Notes under the pieces: generated by a model
Told to the model about the DNA's origin: nothing
Database searches by the model: none
The model's input: the letters and a program-made list of their open reading frames with translations, nothing else
Program-made: the position numbers and the translations under genes
Shown: positions 50,265 to 59,726 of the stretch, piece after piece
Layout: each line of letters opens with the position of its first letter
How positions within the stretch are numbered: position 1 is the first letter of the stretch
Assembly (NCBI GenBank): GCA_039591655.1
Contig: JBDHDE010000001.1
Coordinates: 32,001-96,000 of the forward strand
Length of the DNA stretch: 64,000 nucleotides
Direction of reading: 5' to 3'
Origin: Gemmatimonadota bacterium
GTDB lineage: Bacteria > Gemmatimonadota > Gemmatimonadetes > Gemmatimonadales > GWC2-71-9

Positions 50265-50606
50265 CCGCTCGTCGGGCTGCCACACGGCCCGTCCCACGCC
50301 CAGTGCCCTCCGGATCCGGGCTGCCAACTCCAACTCGCCTCGGCGCACTGCGATGACGGTCTCTTGCAGTGTGTCCATCGCCGCGGTGCCGAAGTAGACC
50401 ACGTCGATCCCGGCGTGCCGCAGCTGGCGGGTGGTTGCCCGGGCCAGCCCGTCGATGCCGGTGGCGTTGAGCACTTCGACGGTGATGCGCTCGCCCTCCC
50501 CGGGGATCGGGTACCGGCCCCGATCGCGCATCGCCAGGTGCCAGGCGAACCATGCGCCGGCGGTGACGGCCGCCCCGACCGCCAGCACCGTCAGGATTCT
50601 TCGCAT
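50199..50606 (-). CDS. LytR C-terminal domain-containing protein
   Basis: N-terminal TM, VEVLNATGIDGLA and VFLGSD. Confidence 0.85.
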   Translation of the reverse strand: MRRILTVLAVGAAVTAGAWFAWHLAMRDRGRYPIPGEGERITVEVLNATGIDGLARATTRQLRHAGIDVVYFGTAAMDTLQETVIAVRRGELELAARIRRALGVGRAVWQPDERLLLDASVFLGSDVAPLVHFGP

Positions 50607-51163
50607 ACGAGGGCGTTCCAGAACGCCACCGTCTCTGGAAGCAGCCGATGGCCTGCCGCGATGGTGAGTCCCAGCCGCTCGGCGGCGACGGCTCTGAGTA
50701 TCCCCGCCGGATCCTGCGGCACCCGCCTGGCTAGCTGCGCGCGCCGGCCCCGATCCTTGCCGCGTTCTGGCTCCAGGTAGTCGGCGAGGTAGAGCATCCG
50801 TCCGACGCGGCCCCACCCCGCGTACCCGACCGAGTGATACCGCACCGCGTCGAGCACTTCGCGATCACGCTCTCCGTCGCGCTCGGCCATGGCCGCTGCC
50901 GCGGGGCCATGACGCAGGCTGTCGCTGTCCCATGCCTCGGGAGCGAGCTCGCGCAGGACGCGCTTCGGGGCGTCCTTTAGGGCGTCGTGCAGGCTCACCG
51001 TCCTGAGCCAGAGGGCGCGCTCGCCGTCGGGAACCGCTAGCTCGGCCGCCCATTCCACCATCAACCGCGCCACACGCTCGATGTGGGCCACGCGCTTCTC
51101 GCTCACCTGGGCCCACGAAGGGAGGGCGAGCCCGTCCACTTCCCCCCGCCGGTCGGCGCTCAC
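50591..51163 (-). CDS. HD domain protein, YqeK-like (Ap4A hydrolase)
   Basis: R..H..RV, LHDALK, HGPAAA, RYHSVG and YLADYLEPER. Confidence 0.8.
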   Translation of the reverse strand: MSADRRGEVDGLALPSWAQVSEKRVAHIERVARLMVEWAAELAVPDGERALWLRTVSLHDALKDAPKRVLRELAPEAWDSDSLRHGPAAAAMAERDGERDREVLDAVRYHSVGYAGWGRVGRMLYLADYLEPERGKDRGRRAQLARRVPQDPAGILRAVAAERLGLTIAAGHRLLPETVAFWNALVCEES

Positions 51164-52035
51164 GCCGGCACGCGGATGTCGCCTGCCGTTCCGTCGCCCA
51201 AGACGATGTTGTCGATGAGGCGTGCGTCGCCCAAGCGGGCGGCGACTGCCACGATGCTCGAGGCTGCGACAGTGGCGGCGGGGGCGAGATTCTCCGGGTC
51301 CACGACTTCCAGGTACTCGAGGGCGAAGCGGGCCTCAGCCTCGATGGGCGCTCGGGCAGCGCGAAGCAAGCGGTCCCGGCTGCGCTCGCCCGCCCGAAAT
51401 GCTTCATGAGCGGCCTCCAGGCCACGCGCCAAGGCCGGCGCCACCCGACGGTCCTCCGGACTCAGGTAGGCGTTGCGCGAGCTCATGGCCAGGCCGTCGG
51501 GCTCCCGCACCGTGGGGGCGACGTCGATCTCCACGGGCAGGTTCAGATCCGAGACCATGCGGCGAATCGCGATAGCCTGCTGGGCGTCTTTGCGCCCGAA
51601 GACTGCGACGTCGGGCTCGACGATGTTGAACAGCTTCATCACGATGGTCAGCACGCCCTCGAAATGCCCCGGACGAGTGGCACCGCAAAGATTCTCGCCC
51701 AGTGAGCCCGGGACCACGCGGACCACCGCCGGCGCCGGATACATTGCCGCCTCGTCTGGAACGAACAAGCAGTCGGCGCCCCGGGCCCGCGCGGCTGCGC
51801 GGTCGCGTTCCAGGTCGCGGGGGTACGCGGCGAGGTCTTCCCGGGGGCCGAACTGGATCGGGTTCACGAAGATGCTCACGACCAGCTGGTCGGCGCGCTC
51901 TCTCGCTCGATCGATGAGTGTCAGGTGACCGGTATGGAGGTAGCCCATCGTGGGGACGAGCCCCACGGAGCGGCCCCCGGCGCGCTCGCCGCGGGACCAC
52001 TTGCGCATGGCATCGAGATCGGCGATCTCGATCAC
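51160..52035 (-). CDS. panC: Pantoate--beta-alanine ligase
   Basis: VPTMGYLHTGH, SIFVNPIQF, RPGHF, DGLAMSSRN and RLIDN. Confidence 0.97.
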   Translation of the reverse strand: MIEIADLDAMRKWSRGERAGGRSVGLVPTMGYLHTGHLTLIDRARERADQLVVSIFVNPIQFGPREDLAAYPRDLERDRAAARARGADCLFVPDEAAMYPAPAVVRVVPGSLGENLCGATRPGHFEGVLTIVMKLFNIVEPDVAVFGRKDAQQAIAIRRMVSDLNLPVEIDVAPTVREPDGLAMSSRNAYLSPEDRRVAPALARGLEAAHEAFRAGERSRDRLLRAARAPIEAEARFALEYLEVVDPENLAPAATVAASSIVAVAARLGDARLIDNIVLGDGTAGDIRVPA

Positions 52036-52847
52036 GCGTCGTAGGCGTGGCTGTCGTCCGGGTACCGTCCCTCGCGGACGTCCGCCCCGAACGCACGCAC
52101 CGCGCCCCTCACGGTCTCGGCCAGCTCGGCGTACCGCTTGAGGAATCTTGGCTCGAACCCCTCGTTGAGCCCCAGCATGTCGTGCAGCACCAGAACCTGG
52201 CCGTCGCAGTGCGGGCCCGAGCCGATCCCGATGGTGGGAATGCTGACTGCCTCGGTGACCTGACGCGCTGCATCGGACGGCATCAGCTCCAGCACGATGG
52301 AGAACGCACCCGCCTCCTCCAGCGCCCGGGCATCGGCTACGATGCGTGCCGTCGCGTCCGCTCCCCTTCCCTGGACCCGGTAGCCTCCGAGGGCATGCAT
52401 CGACTGCGGGGTGAACCCGAGGTGACCCATCACCGGGATGCCGATCTCCACGAGGGCCCGAATGGTCGGCGCCATCGGCGCGCCGCCTTCCAGCTTGACC
52501 GCCTGCACGCCGGTCTCCTTCAGTACGCGGCCGGCACTGCGCTTGGCATCCTCCACGGAGATCTGATAGCTCATGAACGGCATGTCCACGGCAACCAGGG
52601 CGTGGCGCACGCCGGCGCGCACGATGCGTCCATGGTAGATCATCTGGTCCAGCGTAGCCGACAGGGTCGTCTCTTCCCCGCAGAGCACGGTGTTGAGCGA
52701 GTCCCCCACCAGCACGACGTCGACCCCCGCCTCGTCGACCAGTGCGGCAAACAGGGCATCGTACGCCGTGAGCATCACGATCCGGCGCTTATCGCGCTTC
52801 ATCTGCGCGAGGCCCACCACGGTTACCGCCTTGCGCTCACCCGACAT
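52032..52847 (-). CDS. panB: 3-methyl-2-oxobutanoate hydroxymethyltransferase
   Basis: MLTAYD, LVGDSL, DMPFMSY, VKLEGG, GHLGFTPQ and DGQVLV. Confidence 0.97.
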   Translation of the reverse strand: MSGERKAVTVVGLAQMKRDKRRIVMLTAYDALFAALVDEAGVDVVLVGDSLNTVLCGEETTLSATLDQMIYHGRIVRAGVRHALVAVDMPFMSYQISVEDAKRSAGRVLKETGVQAVKLEGGAPMAPTIRALVEIGIPVMGHLGFTPQSMHALGGYRVQGRGADATARIVADARALEEAGAFSIVLELMPSDAARQVTEAVSIPTIGIGSGPHCDGQVLVLHDMLGLNEGFEPRFLKRYAELAETVRGAVRAFGADVREGRYPDDSHAYDA

Positions 52848-53256
52848 GGGAGGCTAGCTCCGCGAGCTCTCGCTGCCAGAACGGTCGGTTCGACAGTTCC
52901 GGATGGGGGATCTCGAGCTGGGGTTCCCGCACCTCGCGTTCGCCATAGCGCACGATATCGAGGTCGAGGGTACGCGCTCCCCAGCGCTCCCGACGCTCCC
53001 TCCCTGCCTCTCGCTCGATGCGCCGGCACGCCGCGAGCAGCTCCCGCGGGGTGAGGACGGTCTTCAGCAGAACCATCTGGTTCAGATACGGTCCCTGCGG
53101 AACGGGCCCGATGGGCTCGGTCTCCTCCACCGCGCTGGCGGCGGTGAGCTCCGTGCGTGGCAGCTCTGCCAGTCGGTCCCGCGCGAGCGCGAGCGCCGCT
53201 GCTCGATCCCCGAGGTTCGAGCCGAGCGCCACAAAGACCCACTCACTCACCGTCAC
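52837..53256 (-). CDS. folK: 2-amino-4-hydroxy-6-hydroxymethyldihydropteridine diphosphokinase
   Basis: ALGSNLGDR, YLN, RWGARTLDLDI and PHP..RPF. Confidence 0.95.
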   Translation of the reverse strand: MTVSEWVFVALGSNLGDRAAALALARDRLAELPRTELTAASAVEETEPIGPVPQGPYLNQMVLLKTVLTPRELLAACRRIEREAGRERRERWGARTLDLDIVRYGEREVREPQLEIPHPELSNRPFWQRELAELASHVG

Positions 53257-53618
53257 CCGCCCCGCTCCAGCACTACCTCGACGTGATCCAGTGGTCCACT
53301 GATCGGGGCGTGCGGCTTTCGCGCGGCTACCCGCACACGCTCCACCCGCGCCAGCCCCAGGGCCCGGTCCGCAATCTTGGCGCAGAGGGCCTCGAGCAGC
53401 TGGTGGTGACTCGTGCCGACCGTGTCGGCCACCAGTGTGTAGAGGTCGCGATAGTCCAACAGGTCGCTGGGGGAATCCGTCTGGCCCACGCTCTCCAGAG
53501 AGAGCCAGATGGTCAGGTCGAGCTCGAGAGGTTGCGGCACCGACTCCTCATGGGGTAGCAAGCCCACGAGGGTGTGAAACCGCATTCCTTTGAGGGTGAT
53601 GCTGTCTCGCGACGACAC
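53253..53618 (-). CDS. folB: Dihydroneopterin aldolase
   Basis: G..P.E...Q, LDY, LLEAL and KPHAPI; upstream of folK. Confidence 0.92.
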   Translation of the reverse strand: MSSRDSITLKGMRFHTLVGLLPHEESVPQPLELDLTIWLSLESVGQTDSPSDLLDYRDLYTLVADTVGTSHHQLLEALCAKIADRALGLARVERVRVAARKPHAPISGPLDHVEVVLERGG

Positions 53619-53644
53619 AAAGCCAATGGTACCCCTGAGTGGGG

Positions 53645-55750
53645 CTAGCTGTCAAAACGAGATTCCGCCTGGCCTTCCGTGAATCGGTGCGTGAGGTCGG
53701 CGAGCATCGTGGCGATGGCGTCGAGCTCCCGCGCCGCCAGGCTGATGTGGTCCACCCCGCGTGCCACCGACTCCGCCCGCTCGCGTACAGCTTCCGCGTC
53801 GGTTCGATTGTGGGCCGAGATGTCCGCCACGCTTCCGATCCGCTCTCCCAGCCGCTCCAGGGCCTCGCTCTGGCCTTCGGCCGTCTGAGCGATCCGCTGC
53901 GCGTGGTCCGTTGCGTCGTGCGTCGCGCGCACGATCGCCGCCAGCGCCTCGAGGCCCTGTGAGCTCATGCTCTCGACGCCGCCCACTGCTACCCGACCGC
54001 GGCGCATCTGCTCGACGACCTCACTGAGGCGTCCCTGCATCGCTTCGACCAGCTGACCGGCGTCTCCGGCTGCGCCCGCGCTCTGCTCGGCGAGGCTGCG
54101 CACCTCCCGCGCCACCTCGGCGAATCCCCTCCCATGTGAGCCGGCCCGCGCTGCCTCGATGGCTGCGTTGAGCGCCAGCAGGTTCGTCAGATCCGCGAGT
54201 TCCCGAATGGACGATAGGAACCGCACTATGTCCCGGGCTGCCGCGCCGAGTTCCCCTACCTTCTCGGAGCTCTCGGTGACGAACGACTCGAGGGAGACCA
54301 GCCGTTCCATCGCCTCGCCAATGGTCTGGCGATGCCGCTCGGCCACTTCACTCGCAGTCCCGCTGGCCGTGGCGGCTTCGGAACTGTCGCTCACGACCCG
54401 TCCGGTGGCTTGGCTGAGCTCCCGCGTGGCGCTGAGGCCGTCTGCGACTACGGCGTCCTGCTGCGAGAGTCCGGTTCCGATGGCCTCGGTGGAAGCGGTC
54501 ATCGAGCGCGCCGCCTCCCGGAGACCGTCAGCGAGCTTGCCCAGCTCCCGGACCTGGAGCGCGACCCGGTCCACCGTATCGAGCAGGGGTTCTCGGAGGT
54601 CGGCGATGTGCAGCAGCGTGGCGACCCGATTGGCGCACGTCTCGATGATGGACTGCTGCCCGCGCCCGTAAACGCGGCGCTTGTGGTGCTCCAGCTCGAG
54701 GGTGCCCAGCAGCTCCTCACCAAACACGAGCGGGTGCACCACGACGCTCTGAATGCCGGCCGCCAGGCCCATGCCCCGAGGATCGTGCACGACGTCGTGG
54801 ATCACGACGGCACGCCCTTGTGTTTCGGCCTCCTGGCGGAGGTCGTCCAGCTCCGGCGACGGCTCGCCATCCAGCACTGCACCGAGGCGACCACGGAAGA
54901 TCAGGCTGAAGCCGTCCGACGTCTTGCGATACACGCGCAGGTCGCGCCAGTCCAGCACCCGATGGGCCAGCGCCTCGATCCGTGCCAGGGCGTCTTCCAC
55001 GGCGAGGTTGCTGGTGATCACCCGCTCCATGTTCTGGATCTTGGTCAGCTCCTCGGCCTGGATGGCTTCCTCCAGGATGCGCTTGAACACAAAGGCCGCG
55101 AGCACCAGAGGAACGATCACCAGAGGCCACGCGAGGGGCGGCAGTTGCGTCACCGTGAATACCGCCGCCCCGGCGGAGCCGGCGGTCAGGCTGTAGGCGA
55201 CGATCTCGTAGCGCTGGATGAAGACGCGCTCAGGGGCGGTGAGCTTGCTGCGGATGGTGAGGGTATAGTAGAACAGCACCCGCGATGCAACGAAGTAGCC
55301 GACAGTGAGGGCCACGAGCGCGGGGATGGCCTCCAGCGTGATGGGACTCGTGGCTCCGGCACCCACCAAGGCCGCCGCGTAGAAGCCGAAAGCGACCACC
55401 AGCGAGATGACCTCACGGGACACGTTGATCCACGCGGCCGTGGGCTCCTTGCGGAGCACGGCCCAGTCGGCGGCGAACAAACCCAGGGCCACCGCGAACA
55501 AGGTGGGGCCGGGTCCGACCAGCAGCGCCCCTGCCAGGCTCGCCACACCTACCTGCGAGACGTAGGCGTACTTCCCCAGGGCGAGCTGGGGTACCCTGAG
55601 CAAGGTGGCGGCCGCGATGATGACCAGCACTTCGCGCCACAAGTGCAGCGGCACAGGGTCCCAGACCAGCACGGCGGCGAGGATGATCGGGCCGGAGGTC
55701 GCCAGCAGCCTGGCGTAGCGCGCGACCACCTGGGGGGCGGTCGGCCTCAC
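53645..55750 (-). CDS. Methyl-accepting chemotaxis protein with polytopic membrane domain and GAF domain
   Basis: About six to seven N-terminal TMs, GAF-like segment (SVVVHPL..ELLGTLEL), MA hairpin TNLLALNAAIEAARAGSHGRGFAEVAREVR. Confidence 0.9.
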   Translation of the reverse strand: MRPTAPQVVARYARLLATSGPIILAAVLVWDPVPLHLWREVLVIIAAATLLRVPQLALGKYAYVSQVGVASLAGALLVGPGPTLFAVALGLFAADWAVLRKEPTAAWINVSREVISLVVAFGFYAAALVGAGATSPITLEAIPALVALTVGYFVASRVLFYYTLTIRSKLTAPERVFIQRYEIVAYSLTAGSAGAAVFTVTQLPPLAWPLVIVPLVLAAFVFKRILEEAIQAEELTKIQNMERVITSNLAVEDALARIEALAHRVLDWRDLRVYRKTSDGFSLIFRGRLGAVLDGEPSPELDDLRQEAETQGRAVVIHDVVHDPRGMGLAAGIQSVVVHPLVFGEELLGTLELEHHKRRVYGRGQQSIIETCANRVATLLHIADLREPLLDTVDRVALQVRELGKLADGLREAARSMTASTEAIGTGLSQQDAVVADGLSATRELSQATGRVVSDSSEAATASGTASEVAERHRQTIGEAMERLVSLESFVTESSEKVGELGAAARDIVRFLSSIRELADLTNLLALNAAIEAARAGSHGRGFAEVAREVRSLAEQSAGAAGDAGQLVEAMQGRLSEVVEQMRRGRVAVGGVESMSSQGLEALAAIVRATHDATDHAQRIAQTAEGQSEALERLGERIGSVADISAHNRTDAEAVRERAESVARGVDHISLAARELDAIATMLADLTHRFTEGQAESRFDS

Positions 55751-56553
55751 GTCGCCTTCGCCGAGCCCACCGCAGCCCCGTCGAGGGCCGCCCGGAGCTC
55801 ATGCATCAGGGCCCGCGCCGGGCCGAGCCCGTCCGCCAGTCGCCGTACCAGTGCACTGCCCACCACCACTCCGTCCGCATACTGCGCCGCCTGGGCCGCC
55901 TGCTCTCCAGTACCGATGCCGAAGCCGACGACAACCGGAAGCTCCGTGGCCCGTCTCACTCGAGCTACGGTGTCAGCCACACCTGCATCGAGCCTCGTCG
56001 CGGCTCCGGTCACGCCCAACCGGGAGATGACGTACACGAAGCCTCGTGCTCCCTGCAGGATCTGCCTCAACCGCAGGTCCTCCGTCGTGGGCGCCACCAG
56101 GGTGATGACGGCGAGCGCGCTACGGCTCACCGCCAGCTCTACCTCGGGGTCCTCACCCCGCGGGAGATCGGTGAGCAGCAATCCGTCGATACCGGCCGCC
56201 GCCGCCTCGGCCAGGAAGCGGTCCAAGCCGTACGCCAGGATCGGGTTGAGGTACCCGAAGGCGATGACGGGAACCTCGAGGGCCGCCTCCCGGGCCAGCT
56301 CGAGGGCACCGCTCACGCTCATACCGTTCTCGAGGGCCACCTGCGTGGACCGTTGAATGGTCGGCCCGTCTGCCAAGGGATCACTGAACGGGATGCCCAG
56401 CTCGATGAAGTCGGCACCTGCATCCACCGCCATCGTCAGGGCGGCGAGACTCTCGTCGCGTGTGGGGTAACCGGCGGTGAGATAGGGGATGAGCGCCGGG
56501 CGTCGTGCCGCCGAGAGGCGGCTCCACCGCTCCCGGAGCGCCGCCTCAGACAA
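55747..56553 (-). CDS. trpA: Tryptophan synthase alpha chain
   Basis: YLTAGYP, IELGIPFSDPLADGPTIQ, YLNP, GVTGA, VGFGI and DGVVVGSA. Confidence 0.97.
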   Translation of the reverse strand: MSEAALRERWSRLSAARRPALIPYLTAGYPTRDESLAALTMAVDAGADFIELGIPFSDPLADGPTIQRSTQVALENGMSVSGALELAREAALEVPVIAFGYLNPILAYGLDRFLAEAAAAGIDGLLLTDLPRGEDPEVELAVSRSALAVITLVAPTTEDLRLRQILQGARGFVYVISRLGVTGAATRLDAGVADTVARVRRATELPVVVGFGIGTGEQAAQAAQYADGVVVGSALVRRLADGLGPARALMHELRAALDGAAVGSAKAT

Positions 56554-58021
56554 AGTAGTCCGATGGGTTGATGCCGTATGCTGCTGGGTCGGTCACCTTG
56601 ATGATGGTACGCTTGAAGCCGCCGCCCGCCCCGACCTCCGCCAGGTCGGCGAGCGGTCCTTCCTCGATGCGGGCTCCTTCCGCCGTGAGCACGATCCGGA
56701 CGACCGGCCGGTTGAGCTGGGACGGATCCGGGTTGGCGGAGTGCACGACGCCCACCTCGTAGGAATCGAGGATCACGCAGGTGCCCACGGGATAGATCCC
56801 CGTCAGGTTGATCAGCGCCTTGACCAGCACCGGGTCCTGCCCCCGCCGCGGGTTCTCCCACATCTCCCGCAGCACCTGGTCCGGCTGCAGCGGGACCGTC
56901 TGGTACGAGCGCCGCGTGGTGGCCGCGTCGAACGCGTCGGCCACGGCCACGACCTTGGAGAACACGGAGAGCTCGCGCGGCCGGATCGTCTTGGGGTAGC
57001 CCGTCAGGTCCACCTTCATGTGGTGTTCGAAGGCGGTGATCATGGGCCGGTAGGGGATCTCCCCGTAGCCCCGCAGCCCGAACAGCGTGAGCACGCCGAG
57101 CCACGGGTGCGCCTGCATGATCCGCCACTCGTCGTCGCTCAGCGGCCCTTCCTTGTTCAACACCTCCAGCGGCACCCGGCTCTTCCCGAGGTCGTGGAAC
57201 AGCGCGGCCAGCCCGAGATCGTAGAGCTGGAGCTTGGACAGCCCCAGGCGCTTCCCGATGGAGACCGAGAAGATCGTGACGTTCACCGAGTGGGTGAACG
57301 TGTACTCGTCATAGCCCCTGATCGTGGTCAGCCCGACCATGGAGACTTCGTTCTTGAGGACCTGGTCCACGATTCCCTGGACCGCCCGTTTCACCTTCTT
57401 GAGGCTGGCGGTGCGGCCCATGCGGACGCTGTTGATGACCTCCTTGGTGACGGTCACGGTCTGTTCGTAGGTCCGCTTGGCGACCTCCTTGGCCTTCTCA
57501 TGGTCCTCGAGGTCCTCATCCGTCTCGATGGGAGGCTCGACGCGGATCCGCGTCACGTCCCCTTGGGCCAGTTTCTGCTGCAGCTCCTGGATCTTCCCGG
57601 GCGCCGCCTCCTGCGTCGCGGCGCTGAGGATGAGGGAGATGAGCACCTGCCACTCCCGGCGGTCCGCGTCCTGGTCCGCCTCGAGCCGGCCCACGCCCGC
57701 CTGCCGGAACGTGGTGAGCACGTGGCCGAAGGTGGCGAAGTTGTCGAGGTCGAGTCGCAGACGGGTGGCGTTCACGAACAGGAACTCCCCGGCGACCCGC
57801 ACCTCCAGCTCTTTCTCGACTTGGAACACCCCCTTGGCCCGGACGACGAGATCGTCGAGGGAGCGTTGCGCCTGCTCGTTCTCGATGGGGTAGAGCTTGA
57901 GGTTTCGCAGCGCCGCGTAGAAGCCGACGAGGAACTCGCGGCCCGCCTGGCGGAGCTGCTGCTCCGCCCTGGCGTCCACCAGCGAGCCGCGGCCCTCGGC
58001 CGACGCCTGGGAGTCGGTCAT
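56546..58021 (-). CDS. HD-GYP domain protein (putative cyclic dinucleotide phosphodiesterase)
   Basis: DEYTFTHSVNV, FHDLGK, EHH..DLTGYP and VADAFDAATTRRSY. Confidence 0.92.
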   Translation of the reverse strand: MTDSQASAEGRGSLVDARAEQQLRQAGREFLVGFYAALRNLKLYPIENEQAQRSLDDLVVRAKGVFQVEKELEVRVAGEFLFVNATRLRLDLDNFATFGHVLTTFRQAGVGRLEADQDADRREWQVLISLILSAATQEAAPGKIQELQQKLAQGDVTRIRVEPPIETDEDLEDHEKAKEVAKRTYEQTVTVTKEVINSVRMGRTASLKKVKRAVQGIVDQVLKNEVSMVGLTTIRGYDEYTFTHSVNVTIFSVSIGKRLGLSKLQLYDLGLAALFHDLGKSRVPLEVLNKEGPLSDDEWRIMQAHPWLGVLTLFGLRGYGEIPYRPMITAFEHHMKVDLTGYPKTIRPRELSVFSKVVAVADAFDAATTRRSYQTVPLQPDQVLREMWENPRRGQDPVLVKALINLTGIYPVGTCVILDSYEVGVVHSANPDPSQLNRPVVRIVLTAEGARIEEGPLADLAEVGAGGGFKRTIIKVTDPAAYGINPSDYFV

Positions 58022-58022
58022 C

Positions 58023-59726
58023 TCAGGGCATCTCCTTCAGAGCCTTGGCCACGGCGTTGCGCACCAGCGGCTCCTTGTCGCCGGTGGCGGCATTCAGTGC
58101 CTTTCTTGCCTCGGGCGTGCCGATCTTCCCCAGCGCCATCGCGGCGCAGGCGCGGGTCTGGGGATCGGCCTTGCGCCGGAAGAACCCCTTCGGCACCAGC
58201 ATCGGCGCGAGCTTCCCGATCCCTGCCTCCCCTGCCAGCGTGCCGTACGCCTCGAAGAACGCGGTCTTCTCGGTTAGATCGGCACCGCGCAGGCCTTTGC
58301 CGCTCAGCGCGGACTCGATTTGGGGGAAGGCAGCCCGGTGGCCCTGAGCCGCCATGGCCCGGACCGAGGCTATGCGCACGTCGCGGTCGGCGTCGTCCAC
58401 CGCCCGCTCGAGCTGCTGCATCGCACCGGGCGTCGCGATGCCGGCCAAGGCCTCTACCGCCGCCCGCTTCACCTGGATGCTCGCACCATCCATGAGGGCT
58501 CCCAGGCCCGGCACCGCCGGCGGGAGCTTGGAGTGACTGATCACACGGATCGCTTCCAGCAGCACGCCCTCGTCGGGGGTCTTCAGCACCTCTGCAATGA
58601 TCTGGGGGTGAGCCTGCGCCAGCCTGATCGCCGCCGCGTCCAGCAGCTTGCGCACCTGCTCGTTGCCCAGGCGGGGGAGCCAGCCCAGGATGGACTCGAG
58701 TGCTTCGGGGCGCAGCTCGCGGAACAGCTCGGTGAGCTCGGCCTCCGTGGGATGGGCCATCGCTTCGTCGAGCGACTGCAGCAGCTGCCCCAGGACGTCC
58801 TCCTCCGACAGCCGGGCAGGGAGAGCCTGCAACGAGTCCCGATGCTCGGGAAGGACCTCCCGTGCCCGCTGGAGCACGGTGCGGATCTCCCGGAGGATAT
58901 ACGCCACCGACTGGAAGTCGCTGCCAGCGAGCAGGTATGGAATGAAGTTCTCGAGGATCGAGATGAGCTCCGCGCGCACAGTGCTGTAGGTTTGGAGCTC
59001 CAGCACGTCGAACAGCATGGAAAGCACGTTGACGCGCAGGTCCTGGGCGTACTCCCGCTCGATCTCAGCTTTGAGGTACGCGATCTCCTTCTCATCGAGG
59101 AAATACAGGGTCGAGTCGAAATCCTCGACCGAGACAGTGGCGGGTCCCCGCGAGGTCTCCTCTTCGGCGAGTTCCTGGGTGACCTGCTGCTTGACGTCCT
59201 CAGGCGTGGCGGCCGCCGCCCCGAACTCGAGACCCTCCTCCCGATCGATGTGCGGCGCATCGTCCGCCGCGAGATCGACGGCGTGATACCGGATCTGCTG
59301 GAAATCCTCTTCCCACAGCAGCGTCAAGAGGTCATCCGGCGCGTCGGCGGGGAGCGTGCGCACCTTGTGGATGACGTTGAGGAACTTGACGATCTCGCCG
59401 TCCTCCACACCGGGCGACAGGCTGAACGACCGCACGCCATCCTTGTAGAGCACCCAGGCGACGCTGTCGGACTTGCTCGGCTGCCCGAGCACCTCCTGGC
59501 CCTCCCATACCAGATCCGTCTCCGCCACCGAGATCTCCAACTCGGCGCACCGCACCCAAACCGGCTCGAACGACCGCTGGAGGTTTTCCATTGCGCGCTG
59601 GTAGACCGGGTTGTTCGGCAGGTAGAGCTGGACCGCGCGCAGTGCCTTGACCAGGAACTGCAGCATCTGCTGGACGGCGGTCGCGTCCTCGATCAGCTCC
59701 GGGTTCTGCGTCGTCGGCTCGGTCAC
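58023..59726 (-). CDS. HEAT-repeat protein
   Basis: C-terminal PBS/HEAT repeats ([39 protein letters not shown]). Confidence 0.85.
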   Translation of the reverse strand: MTEPTTQNPELIEDATAVQQMLQFLVKALRAVQLYLPNNPVYQRAMENLQRSFEPVWVRCAELEISVAETDLVWEGQEVLGQPSKSDSVAWVLYKDGVRSFSLSPGVEDGEIVKFLNVIHKVRTLPADAPDDLLTLLWEEDFQQIRYHAVDLAADDAPHIDREEGLEFGAAAATPEDVKQQVTQELAEEETSRGPATVSVEDFDSTLYFLDEKEIAYLKAEIEREYAQDLRVNVLSMLFDVLELQTYSTVRAELISILENFIPYLLAGSDFQSVAYILREIRTVLQRAREVLPEHRDSLQALPARLSEEDVLGQLLQSLDEAMAHPTEAELTELFRELRPEALESILGWLPRLGNEQVRKLLDAAAIRLAQAHPQIIAEVLKTPDEGVLLEAIRVISHSKLPPAVPGLGALMDGASIQVKRAAVEALAGIATPGAMQQLERAVDDADRDVRIASVRAMAAQGHRAAFPQIESALSGKGLRGADLTEKTAFFEAYGTLAGEAGIGKLAPMLVPKGFFRRKADPQTRACAAMALGKIGTPEARKALNAATGDKEPLVRNAVAKALKEMP

